A DNA stretch of 64,000 nucleotides. It comes from Octopus vulgaris. Lineage: Eukaryota. The stretch's first letter is position 1. The number at the start of each line of letters is the position of its first letter. Where the stretch lies: the NCBI GenBank assembly GCA_951406725.2, contig OX597818.1, positions 27,342,001 through 27,406,000 of the forward strand, written 5' to 3'. Under the pieces are notes generated by a model, which saw only the letters and a program-made list of their open reading frames with translations, made no database searches and was not told the DNA's origin. This document shows, in pieces, positions 24,755 to 37,249 of the stretch. Position numbers and translations under genes: made by a program.

Positions 24755-27280
24755 GATATGAATGTGTTCAGTGTGTGATGTATAAATGTACACAGTCTGG
24801 GGTTCACTTGGAAGCAAAGTCATTTGCTCAATGACCTTAGGTCATTAGACATGCATTTTGTAGCCATCGGCAAAACCAGAATTTCCAGATTGCAAATAGT
24901 CGCGCTCATTTTTGACGACTATGAAGTGCCTGAATCTTGTAGTTCGTCAGAATAGGGAGACGATTTGAGTGTTATTTCGAAAAGGATTGAATCTCGAGGT
25001 ACGGACGATTTTCCTTTACTCGACAACAAATCGATACTGCTGGACGTAAACGGTAGCGAAGACAGCATTTTCAGATTAGTTAATTATATATGCAGCGACC
25101 ACATTTCTTGAGGTGTCTAGAAACGTTTTTGAAATATCCCGCTCTTTAGTACACTCGAAGAACTGGAATTGCATACATGACGGGTTATGTACTGTTAGCC
25201 CACGGCAGAAGGAGTGTAATAGGCTCACAAACCTGCTCAGACGATACCAACTGTCTGAAAGACATCGAGTAGATTTTACAAATGTGCCAGTAGGCAGAAC
25301 AACCGCAACTGGTCATCCACATCATACCAAAAGTTTTACTTAGATAGAGATATGTAGGATGTCATCAATTTCAAGTGGTTGGCTACACACACCACAAATT
25401 AATTTGCCTATCCTGGCGCGCTAAGACCATAGTGGTCGGATTAGTGAATTAGTTGAGCGGCAGTTGACGGGGTGATCCTCAACTGGTCATTTGAAAAAAG
25501 GTGGGTGATTAGAACAGAATCGATAAAGTTTAGTGAAGAAGTAGTGATCGAGAGCCATAAATGAGGTGAACAAAGTAGAAGACGCATTTCTATGAGCTGG
25601 GAGTGGTGGCAGTGTTAATTCCTGGCCCATAACTCTGTTGAATATTGAGTTTAAGATGTTAGCCAAGGCATTAGCAAAGAGACTTGTGCTTCTCTTGAGT
25701 AGTTTCGCCGGTAAAGTAAAGCGCTGAGCGATTTTATGCAGATATGTTTATGACTATCTCTACTCCAGGCAATACATTGAAGAGAAGGTGAGTAACAAAC
25801 CATCATTCGGTGGGCTCTGATGAATATAAATCAATTAATAGCTTTCGATTAAGTTTGACAATTGTCTTCAAGGCAGTCAGTTCCAATTTCCATTTTAGAA
25901 ACTGGATCGCTTCATTGCAATACAATATCTGCCAGATGGTCAGAGTAAACGACCATCTATCAGAACTGTTTCGAATCAGACGTGCAGTCCTTCGAGTGTG
26001 TTCGCTTTCAATTCTTTTGGTTGTAAAGATTCTTGACACAATACTGTGGAAACTGTAGTTGTTGAGGATCATCCTGTTCAAACTGGGATGTAAAAGAGTT
26101 ATGTCGGTTTATACGGACGATATCACCACAATAGTATCAGACATTACAGAAATTGAGGTGGTCGGAAACGTCCTAAATGAATACGAGGCGGTGACAGGAA
26201 CAAAGATCAACTGAGACAAGTTGGTGGGCTTGCAACTTGGCACCTACTGAGGAAGTCCATGTTGTCGAACAGCGTCGGACAGTCATAGGTTAAGTTGTTT
26301 GGAGTGGTTCAGTATTGATATGTAGGCGAATAGAAGCTAAAACAAGGTTACGAGCAGGGTGGCCATTCACGTCTACAAATAGGCTGAGAGGAAGTGATCC
26401 CTGAAAAGTCAGGGAGAAGGGGCAAAAGCATACATCACCTCCATCGTATATTATCTTTTGTACTAGTGTTCATCTGATTTGATTAAGCTTTTGCACTTTC
26501 GCTTGTTGTGGAAGGATGCATTCCACTACTAAAACTATCCATCTGCTATCGACTCCTTCTGCGAGAAGGGTTGAGTATATTGCAGCTGTTGACGTACAGA
26601 TATGTGCCAAGATACCCATAGAGATTCCTTGACAGTGAAAGCAACTTTTCACAACTTGTCTCTTTGTCGGAGCTGCATTCCTGCCTCAACAACAAGACCA
26701 CCTCGGGCTATGAAATCTATGGAAATTCGTCGTTATCAATTAGGAGAACTGGTAGTGGGGTATAGTGATGACGTTCTCAAGGAAACTTTAGGCAGTGACA
26801 AAAACGCACCGTTTAGACCGTTCGGGAGGGCTTTCGGTCCGGTGACTATAGATAAATTCTAGAAATCCGGCGTCTTCTTTCTGCTGAGAAGTTCACACAG
26901 ATTTCTTTTGTCTGATGGCTATGACACACGACTGTGTGTTGGATGAGAAGTATGAATAGGGAAGAAGGTATTCACCAGTTACTTTTCCAAAGAGTGGGTA
27001 ACAGTGGCAAACATGGCACGAGTGAACGGATCTACTCTCAGCATACTCCTGTAGATTGGAGAATATCATTTGGGAGAGGGAGCTTGCCCAATAGACAGGG
27101 TAACTTTGGATTTGGGGGATTCCTAGATGGCACTAAGTGCAGTCCTCTATGCTGAGAATATATTTGTATAATGTATATACTTTTTAAAAAAAAATCATTC
27201 TAAATTTTTTTGATACTTTTTCTCACCCGATTTCAATATAAACTTTTTACGACCTTTCTGTAATGTACCTTTTACCCGTT
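24755..27280 (+). mobile_element. Degenerate L1/Tx1-like LINE ORF2 (APE endonuclease + RT)
   Basis: INVHSLG..LLNDLRSL (APE start), WPITLLNIEFKMLAKALAKRL, VYTDDITTIV, EYEAVTGTKIN; many stops. Confidence 0.8.
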
Positions 27281-27344
27281 ACTCTGGTCGCCAATAAATT
27301 AAATCATTAATCAAATTATTATTGTTGTTGTTGTTATCATCATG

Positions 27345-27376
<32 letters not shown>

Positions 27377-27377
27377 T

Positions 27378-27570
27378 ATTATGCTTAGCGGTATTTCGTC
27401 TGTCGTTACGTTCTGTGTTCAAATTCCACCGAGGTCGACTTTGCCTTTCATCCTTTCGGGGTCGATAAATAAAGTACCAGTTTCGCAGTGGGGTTGATGT
27501 AATCGACTTCATCCCTTTGTCTGTTCTTGTTTGTCCCCTCTATGTTTGGCCCCTCGTGGGCAATAAAGAA

Positions 27571-27625
<55 letters not shown>

Positions 27626-27840
27626 GTGGCGAGCTCGCAGAATCTTTAGCACTCCGGACAAACTTCTCAGCGGCCTTTTTTCCGGCTTTACGTTCCGAGT
27701 TTAATTTCCGCCGAGGTCAACTCTGCTTTTCATCCTTACGGGGTCGATAAAATAAGTACCAGTCAAGTACCGGGATCGCTGTAATTAACTAACCTCCTCT
27801 CCTCTAAATTCCAAGCCTCCTGTTTGTATTAAAAGAATGA
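27378..27840 (+). mobile_element. Two adjacent Nin-domain SINE copies separated by (ATT)n
   Basis: Both match the 23228 family; flanked by (CAT)n and (ATT)n. Confidence 0.85.
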
Positions 27841-29078
27841 TTAATGTTGCAGTTGTTGATTATTTATGGTTTAAAAATTAACTGCGTTTTTTTTATTACA
27901 TCAAAAACATCTAATGATAACACATCTTACTGAGACTAACAATATTATTTTATCGAACATTTCCGCGTCTGTTCCTGTAAGTAACTCGTTTATGTATTTA
28001 TAGAAGCGACTGTGCATTATTCTAAATGAAATGATGAACAAAATCCTAAATACTATAACGTCTTTAAATAAATTATTAAATCAGTGTAATTTAGATGATG
28101 CGTAAATTCTTTAGATTTTCAGCGCGCTTCTGTTCAATATTATAGTTTTTCTGCTTTTCTGTGTCAATTATTAAGACTATCTTCACTTTTATCGTAAAAA
28201 ATCGTTAAGCTATTATTCTATCTTGTAGTCAAGTTGTATGCTGACACATGTTGTGGTTCATACGAGTACCACAAAGTTGAAACTTGGCTACCGATGATAT
28301 ATAGAGCAGTTTTACTATGTTACTATGTTTCTAAGTTAGGTGGAAACTAATGTGTGGCATATTGTTTCTTAGAATAGATCATAATGGCGATATTTGTAAT
28401 CTACAATATAGGAAAACAAATATTCACCTTAATGTGCATTGCAGCAATTGAGCTCTTTTCATGTATGGCAATTCAGATCAGTTTTTTATTCATTTGTCAG
28501 CTGTTCTGTTCATGGAAGTATTTATCTTGTACAGGTATATTTTTATAGTTGTTGGCTTTTTTAGCCTCAAGTCAGCATTAATCGAGTATATCTATGACTG
28601 AATGGGTTCCGGTAACGACGACCCTGACTTTAGAACGTCAAATGACCGTACGCACAAAGGATCCTATGTTGGTTCGGAGGTTGTCATATACGTGTTTTAG
28701 TATCTTTATTTTTCTGCCGACTTAGTTTGAGGTTTTAATTTTCTGAAACCTAAATCGATTTCTTGTGTGAATTTTGCAGATGTCGTCTTATCGAATTATT
28801 ACTTTTATTACAATCATACTTAACAAATGTATGCAACACAATTTGTTAGCAGTTGGAACGGTAGTGAATAATATTAATAATAGTATTCTTAAAATGTTAT
28901 CTGACACTCAATAGACCACCTACCTGGAATTAACTTATAATATCTAGGTCTGTTAGAGTCTAATACTTCAAAACTATATGCTATGATTTGTACTGCAATT
29001 GTCTGAGAGGCACAGATGATATTTTTGGAGATTATTATTAATTGTTGTTGTTGTTGGCCTTGTACAAGAATTTGAAAC

Positions 29079-29149
<71 letters not shown>

Positions 29150-29680
29150 CTTCGTAACACAGTGTAGGTAAAAATGCACCGGAGTCTTTAGTCATCTGTC
29201 AAGTCACAACAAGGACCTCAGACAAATAATACTTTCCTTAAGATGTGCGCTGTGCTCAATAAGTCTGCTTTTTGCAAGACATCAATCTTGCATGAAATTT
29301 CCAGTTGCCTTAAAAAGTTTTGAAGTTTCAATGGGATTGAGCCCAGCGCTGCGATCACCACTGGTATCATATTACCCTCTCGCATTCCATACAGTCTTGC
29401 AATTTCCACTTTCAATTCGGAGTACTTGGTAATTTTTTCAACCTCTTTACTCACAAAATTTATGTCATTTGGTATGGCTACATCAATGATCTGACAGTAT
29501 TTGTCTTTCTTATTCAATATGGCAATATCCGGCCGACGGTGTTCGATTACACGATCCGTCTGAAAATCATAGTCCAAGAATATCGTTACTTTTCCATCCT
29601 CCTGCATAACTTTACTTGGTACATGCTCATACCAGTTCTCTGTTACTTCATATTAGTATTTACAGCATAAGAGCCAATGT
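29079..29680 (-). mobile_element. 3' end of R4/Dong-like retrotransposon (restriction-like endonuclease) ending in (TAA)n
   Basis: ORF 29218-29607: DFQTDRVIEHRRPDIAILNKK..IIDVAIP..KEVEKITKYSEL..LSTAHILRKVL; short 3' UTR then (TAA)n at 29079-29147. Confidence 0.9.
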
Positions 29681-29899
29681 CTGGGTAGTTGCGGTGGTCA
29701 CATATAGTGCGTCCATCTCAGGGTACCAAGGATCACCTGGTCATCGATAAAACAGTTTTGAGGCATTGTTAAAAAACATCATACAAACATTCTATGGCTT
29801 GACTCAGTTCAAACACCTGTCAATCAGAAACCTCAATTAGCTCAGAGCTGTAATTTGCCACTGAATCTATAGAGATATAAATAATTGCACATGCAAAAT

Positions 29900-31500
29900 T
29901 TCAGCTAGATCAAACAACTGCAAGTGGGTCAGGGGCATTACTTATTGAACGTCCCTCGTAAACAACAAAAGCAGCAGCAGTACCAGCGGTAGCGTGCCGT
30001 CACAAAAGCAACATCGGCAACAATGGAAGCAACTGCAACAGTGAGATAGGCAGCTGCTGTAAGCAACAGTAGAAGCAGCAGCAATAACAATAGAAACAAG
30101 AGCACCGACGACAAAAGCAACAGCAACTAAAAGGACAAACGAAACACTGCCCTCAAAGGTCACCACATAATCACCAACAGCTGCTGAAAGTCCGCAAACA
30201 ACAGCAGAACAAAAAAATACAATGACCCACACCCTATGAAATGTCCCTTCCAGCTAGGGACCACTTATGTAGATAAGGTGGTAGGGAAAAAACCGAACGG
30301 TGAAAATAGACAAGAAAAGAAAAAATGAGAAAAACATGAAAAAGCAAAAGCAAAAAAAAAAAAAAAAAAAAAAAAAAGAGCTGGGAGGATCAAACGGACA
30401 GAAGAAACATGACACATAAACACCACAAATATAGCCAACAGCAATTATAACATCATCACCATTACCTTCACCACAGTCACAACCACTACAATTACAACCA
30501 ACATCACATTCAGTGGCAGAACTCAATCTGCTTCCAAAATAACAGCCAGAACAACAACCCCATAGAACCATAAATGTATAACTACATAAAATATAAGAAC
30601 AAAGAATTAAACATGTACATTAATACACAAACATTACTCAAACCGATTTCATCACATCAGCGAATAGCATACCAACATAAATAAAAGTCGTCGAATAGCA
30701 CAAAACTCATACTATGTTTTAGAAAACAAATATGTTAACAGCGTACGAGATTTCAGAGAAAAGATTAACAAACGACTATTCCAAGAACTACTTATGGAAA
30801 CATTAAAAAGACGGAGCATCTGTCTCCAGCTACAGAATCAATGTAAGCAGGTCTTTTTAACTTTCCTCCTTCTGTCGAACGTGGCCTTACTTAGAACACA
30901 CAATGTAAATGTGCGTGACCTTGGAAGCAGGGCGACCTGCTCAACGACCTCAGATTACTAGATGCTCCTTAGAGCAGTGGTGCATTGTAACAATATTTCA
31001 GATGCGCGATTGGACTGTGTGGTGATAGCAAATAGAAGAGGGGTGTTCAAAAGCCTCACAAACGTGCTCAGACGTTTCCAACTGTCTGAAATGTATCAAC
31101 ATGTAGGCAGTGTCTAACAGCGTTGTGGGACGCTGGACGGATAGGTTACACTGGGCATCGACGAAAATCAACTGGCTGGTCTGTTCCATAGAACTTTTGA
31201 GTTGGGGAGAGAGAGCCCTCCGGTGTATCATGTGTATTTCCTGAAATATCTGGTGTGACAGTCCTACTGGGGCATTGTTGTTCATGGCAAACTCTACTGG
31301 CCTGTTCGAAACGCGTGCAGTGACGAAACTGTTCTGCATGCACTAATATTGTCCCCAATATTGTTAAGTTATAGAGTTATGTCGAAAACTTAGGGTCACA
31401 TCAAGGACCGATCCAGTTATCAGCCGAGTCCATTGTGAAGATCATCTCATTGCCTTCCTTTGGCCGTGAAGAACAAGCTGTATTTATCCGTCAGATAAAA
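29900..31500 (+). mobile_element. Degenerate L1/Tx1-like LINE remnants
   Basis: A/C-rich ORF1-like tract; about 30890 shows an APE start similar to 24770, and 31050-31450 resembles the 25220 and 26260-26900 segments. Confidence 0.5.
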
Positions 31501-32099
31501 GTTAGCTATCTGTTAGCAAGAGATTTGTTACGATAAATAACTGCTTGAGATTTTTGGAAGGGGGAGTGGGAGGGGAATTTGAAAAGAGGGTAGGACCTGC
31601 CTCTGAGTCTATCTCTTTCAATCGACCAAGAACGAAGATATCAAAGTACAAATTCTAAAAAGCTACAACACAGCTACTGTAATGAGAAATAAGCTGCAGT
31701 ATCAGCAATAGCAACAACTACAACAATGGAAACAAAAAACAAGAGCGAGCGGCGATATTGATATCGCTGTTGCCGCCGCCAACGAGAACGACAAAGTAAA
31801 CTGCAGCCAACAACATGCCAAAGAGAATAATAACAACTTGTCAAACACCACCGTCACCATTACCACATCAGCGCCGACAGTGACAACAGAAATAGCACTG
31901 TCGCAGCTACCACTTGAACAGTAGAAAATTCAGTCGTCACACTACCAAGCAAAGACGTCGTCACCACCACCACCATCCTTAGTCACTTTGCTATCACTTA
32001 AAACAGTTACTACCAAGCATGTGCAAAAGTTGGCCCATTTGCAAATGCAACAAACACCATAAAACGTTGGATTTAAGAATGGAAGATATATCACAGTCG

Positions 32100-33040
32100 A
32101 AAACTAACTTGGTAACTAAGGTGGGATGAAGAGTGAATCTCGCTATGGCACAACACGTTTTAAAACAAACCAAGAGGTGCTCGGTAACCTATCTTCTTTC
32201 TGTATCGAAAACTTTCGTAAGGTCAACGAATACAATGTAGAGGGATTTTCTTTGCTTTTGACATTTTCTTGTAACTGTCGCAAAGTAAAGATCGTATCTG
32301 TAGTTGAACATTCAGCTTTGAAGCCAGTCTGTGACTCAAGTAGGATCCACTCTGCTAACTTTTGCAAGCACTTCCGGATGATTCTTGCGAAAAGTTTACT
32401 AATTATTCTGGGAAGCGAAATTCCCCATATAGTTATTGCACTCTCTTTTGTCACCCTTGTTTTTGTACAAAGTCATGTTACGCATGTTGTAGAAAATTTC
32501 TTGATATTGTCACCATTGAAAGAGTAAACTATACAGATGTAGCAGGAAAACCCCTTTATTCTCTTTCAAGGCGTGTTGGGTGCAGGAGGAGGGATAGTAT
32601 TTCACGGTGCGGGGGTCGTTTCCCTTCGGAGCTGGCCAGGATCCTTTAGTTTTTACTCTTGCATCCAGCTCACATATGGCCCCAAGTATTTGTAGTGTAC
32701 AGCAGCGGCAATACCCTGTGATCTGGCCTTGACTGACCCTCTGAACTACGTGAGTGAACCCAAAGCTTATGCCTATGGTAGTAATGTCTCTTAAAACACG
32801 GCCCAAGGTAGATTGGGCCCACGACTCTTTTTAGGGTAAATCCAAATTAAAACCCCTGCTGCATTGTGGAGTCATTTATTGAGCGTTAAAGTAAGCCTAA
32901 GGGAGCAACCCACAAACCGGAAAATGCAGAGAAAGGGACCCTAAGGCACATCATAACCAATATCTGATAGCTCCTGCGGCTAATGGATGCTGCGAGCATA
33001 TTGACTTGACTTACCGTCGTGGAGTATCTGTGAATAGGTG
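32100..33040. mobile_element. RTE-like LINE: RT fragment (minus) joined to a probable 5' UTR segment
   Basis: KLFARIIRKCLQKLAEWILLESQTGFKAECSTTDTIFTLRQLQE (32143-32454, minus) is typical RTE RT. Assignment of the GC-rich 32540-33040 part is less certain. Confidence 0.7.
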
Positions 33041-33074
33041 GTAAATGTACATGGGGCTAGGCAATTACTTCAGG

Positions 33075-33113
<39 letters not shown>

Positions 33114-33177
33114 TTTATATATGTGTGTGTATACATACATATACAAATGTGTTTGTGTGCGTATATATATATATATA

Positions 33178-33550
33178 CTCTTTTACTTGTTTCAGTCATG
33201 TGATTGTGGCCATGCCGGAGCACCGCCTTTAGTCGAGCAAATCGACCCCAGGACTTATTCTTTGTAAGCCTAGTACTTATTCCATCGGTCTGTTTTGCCG
33301 AACTTAAGCTACGGGGACGTAAACACACCAGCATCGGTCGTCAAGCGATGTTGGGAGGGGGACAAACACACACACACACACACAGAAATATACATATATA
33401 CGACGGGCTTCTTTCAGTTTCCATCTACCAAATCCACTCACAAGGCTTTGGTCGGCCCGAGGCTGTAGTAGAAGTCAAGGTGCCACGCAGTGGGACTGAA
33501 CCTGGAACCATGTGGTTCGCAAGCAAGCTACTTACTACACAACCACTCCT

Positions 33551-33551
<1 letters not shown>
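33178..33551 (-). mobile_element. Near full-length tRNA-derived SINE (23957 family)
   Basis: Reverse-complement match to 23957-24340 plus the family 3' tail. Confidence 0.9.
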
Positions 33552-33581
<30 letters not shown>

Positions 33582-33932
33582 CATACGTACATACATGTAT
33601 GAGTATCCATGTATGTATGCAAGCAAAAATGCAAGAAATACGAATAATCACCACTCGCAAGAGAATATGCTCTGGGTACCACGCTTTCGCTAATTGTTTT
33701 AGGTACATTTGTTGTCACTAGCAAACATAGCCACATTCTCGGTCACTTCAACCACCCAAAAGAAATATCGAAGTGACAGCTAGGAGAAGAGGGAGGCTGA
33801 TGCTAGTTTTTAGCTATGTAGATCGCATCAATGAGAAACAAAGTACTTTGGTCAAGGCCACGTCGTGCAATCAGTTTAAGAATCGAACTCAAAATCTTAT
33901 GATTGTTGAGTCCAACATAATTACCAATCGGT

Positions 33933-34595
33933 AAAAAATTACAAAATTGTTCATCTAAATTGTGCCAATTAATATGAAACATATCATATATTCGAAACTG
34001 ACACTCCCTCATCAGGATGTTTTTTACACACAATACACAATACATGGAAACAAATGTACAATTACATACCAGCTATGTGCGACAGAACACCGTCAAACAT
34101 AGCTGGTATGTAATTGTACATTTGTTTCCATGTATTGTGTATTGTGTGTAAAAAACATCCTGATGAGGAGAGTGTCAGTTTCAAATATATAATATGTTTC
34201 ATATTAATTGGCACGTCTCCGAAACGGCTCGTAGAGGAACAATTTTGTGATTTTTGCATTTTTATTTTTTCTGTATTTTTTTCTGGAATTTTAATGTCAT
34301 TTTAATATGTCATTTATATGTTTTATTATCCCAAATATTTTTAGTATACCAAATGTTATATGATTTTAAGCGTAAATTCATTGTGTTTTCTATGCGACAC
34401 TGATTCTTATATATTTATATATATTATATGATGTTTTTATTTATACATTATTATATTTTTAAACGTCGGACTTTATATCTGTTCTGTAGATATAAATGAA
34501 TATATGAATATATGTATGTATTTGAGCTTTCTGTGTGGATTTTAGTAATGTTCCTTTAGTTACTGCTCGCATTGCCTCCGTTCAGATTAAGAAGT
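33933..34595 (+). mobile_element. Penelope-like pLTR with inverted duplication and hammerhead motif
   Basis: Inverted arms 33933-34078 and 34097-34255; CTGATGA at 34160, GAAAC at 34221; ends at (TATG)n. Confidence 0.7.
34156..34237 (+). ncRNA. Type I hammerhead ribozyme motif, extended stem II
   Basis: CATC-CTGATGA-GGAGAGTGTCAGTT...AATTGGCACGTCTCC-GAAAC-GGCTC-GTA-GAGG. Confidence 0.65.
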
Positions 34596-34772
34596 ATGTA
34601 TGTATGTATGTATGTATGTATGTATGTATGTATGTATGTATGTATGTATGTATGTATGTATGTATGTATGCATGCATGCATGCATACATGCATGCATGCA
34701 TGCATGTATGTATGTATGTATGTATGTATGTATGTATGTATGTATGTATGTATATATGTATGTATGTATGTA
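34596..34772. repeat. (TATG)n/(CATG)n microsatellite
   Basis: Direct reading. Confidence 0.95.
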
Positions 34773-36043
34773 TTAGGTCGTCAGGTATGAAATTTGTTGA
34801 AAAGAAAAAAGTTTGCTAATGTTTTATAAATATAAGGAATAGTTTTATTCTTCAAAGTATGCACCCATATTGTCAATACACTTTTGCCATTTCACTGGTA
34901 GCTCGTCCAGCCCGGAAATGTAAAAGCCTGGCAATCTAGAGTTAATAAAATCTTGGAAAGCCTGTTTTGCAGCATCGTCGGAATTAAATTTTTTCCTATT
35001 AAAAAGTTATCCAAATTCTGGAAGTCAGTGGGAGCAAGATCAGGTGAGTATGGTGGATGATGGAGAACTTCCAACTCCAACTCCTGTAGTTTCGCCAATG
35101 TCATTTTTGCAATGTGTGATCAGGCGTTGTCTTGCAATAAAATAGGAGTAAATCTGTTGACTAATCTAGGCTATTTTTTTTGTAAGTTTTTGCATCATTT
35201 GGTCTAGTTGGCTCCAGTATACTTCGGCTGTGATTGATGAGCTAGGTTTAATGAAATCATAATGGATCACACCTGCGCCAAACCACCAAACACACATCAT
35301 CGTCTTCTTTTGATGAAATTTGCTTTTTGGACTGTGTTTTGGTGGCTCATCTTTGTCCAACTATTGTGCTGAACGTTTACGGTTGTTGTATTGGATCCAT
35401 TTCTCATCACGTTACAATTCGATTAAAAAATGATTCATTTTTGTGATGAGAAAGTAGCATAATGCAGGCTTCCAAACGTTGCTGTTTCTGATTTTCATTG
35501 AGTTCATGTGGAACCCACTTGTCCAAATTTTTCACTTTACCCATTTGAACTAGGTGAGTTAATATTGTTTGCTTGCAAACACCAAACAACAACAATAATT
35601 CACGGGCACTTTGAGATGGATTTGACTCGACGCTGGCTTTCAGTTCGTCATTATCCACCTTTGCTTCTGGTCGACCGCGTTGCTCATTTGTGAGGTCAAA
35701 GTTACCAGAACGAAATTTTGCAAACTAATTTGATACTGTCTGCTGTATAATAACATTAGAATGAAATACTCCATTAATACTCCGAGCTGTCTGTGATGTA
35801 TTTCTAAGAAAGAACTCATATTTTAAAGCTGTACGAATTTCCGACTTATCCATCTCTAAACAATAATAGCAAAAAATGATTTATAAATACTTTATAAAGC
35901 GCAAAATGACTTAGGATAATGAAATAGATGTGTCAGATTTCTGACAACAAATAAAGATTGTCAAAATATAACAATGGCGCAAAATGAGCAGCTGCCAAAG
36001 TTTACCATATACCTTACTACAAATTTTATACTTGACGACCTAA
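34773..36043 (-). mobile_element. Full-length mariner transposon with a disrupted transposase
   Basis: TIRs ttaggtcgtcaggtatgaaatttgt / acaaattttatacttgacgacctaa, TA TSD; WVPHEL, DEKW and YSPDLAPTDF motifs across frameshifted ORFs (about 35853-34845). Confidence 0.95.
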
Positions 36044-36227
36044 TATATATGAGAAACAACTTTAAAATAATAGTCGTTACATATAATTCCATTATTTGAG
36101 CAAATTTGGCTTATTACTGTTTCCAGTAGTCATTATAGGTACATTACTGGTAGGTTTACTCAACTGGTTTCTCTTTCTCTTTCTCTCTCTCTCTCCACAC
36201 ACACACACATATCTATGTATGTTTATG

Positions 36228-36900
36228 TAGGGTGTCTGGGCTAAATTTGACGATTTCCATTCAAGGAAAAGAAAACAATATTCTATCCAAAATGTATTTT
36301 AAAATATGAAAAAAATGCCAACTAGATTTTGGCGGGGAGATAACAGTTTACACATAGCAGCTGCCACCAGGTTCCACTACGACATCAAGACGGTTCTGGA
36401 ACCTGGCGCATGCGTTCCTCTCTGTGTCCCTCGGAAGATCTTCGAACACCTTGATCTTAGAGCGGTTAGTGTCAACAGCACCACACACACAGTAATTTAT
36501 AGGATTACAGTCGGGGGAATTAGGAGGTCAGAAATTGGGACTGGTGAAGTCGTAGAAATTCTCTGACAACCACTTCTAACTCTTTCCGGAGGTATGACAA
36601 GGAGCCGAATCCTACTGCGACACATATAGCCTTTCGGCAGCAATCCTCTCCTGCCAGGGTTTGACTACAGTCTCAGGCAGCTTCGCATAAGTTCGAAGAT
36701 GCGGGGCGCCATAAAGTTACCCTCAGAAGGCCTTGTGTGTCCATTTCTGCTAGCCACGGCATCGTAGTCTTCGTTGCAGCTGTCTTTGTTACGTCTTTCA
36801 GCCTTTAAAGTGTTCACAGAGTACTGAGTAGCAGTCATGGTGTCGGCATTTTGATACTCGGCGCGAATTGTCATGATGTTTTTAGTATTTGGATGGTTTC
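36228..36900 (-). mobile_element. Internally deleted Tc1/mariner-superfamily element
   Basis: TA+gggtgtc end; minus strand QDSAPCHTSGKS..WLSENF and PPNSPDCNPINYCVW; N-terminal HTH-like piece at 36665-36840. Confidence 0.7.
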
Positions 36901-37249
36901 CAGTCCTTCATGTCGGCTAACTTTTTCTCAACTACATTTTTTATTATGCTCTTCAACACCGTTGACAGTTCACAAATACATCTAGTTGTTTCCGAAAAAA
37001 AAAGAGACATAAAAAACTGATGCTTATGCCGAAAACCCAGTCTGCATTTAACTCCATTTCCTAATTTATCTAAGTCATATAAAAACATTTCACCAAAACC
37101 CTGGAATTTCTACCTTGGCACTTATGTGAATTTTTGCTACCCTGGTAACTATTTTTTTTCGTGTTATTTGTACACATCGAAAAAATACACATACAATCAT
37201 ACATATGTATGTATGTATTTATGTGTGTGTGTGTGTGTATACTGTTTAT

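Noticed and set aside
32540-33040. HDV-like ribozyme in a putative RTE 5' UTR
   Set aside because: Plausible by precedent, but no nested double pseudoknot could be traced by eye.
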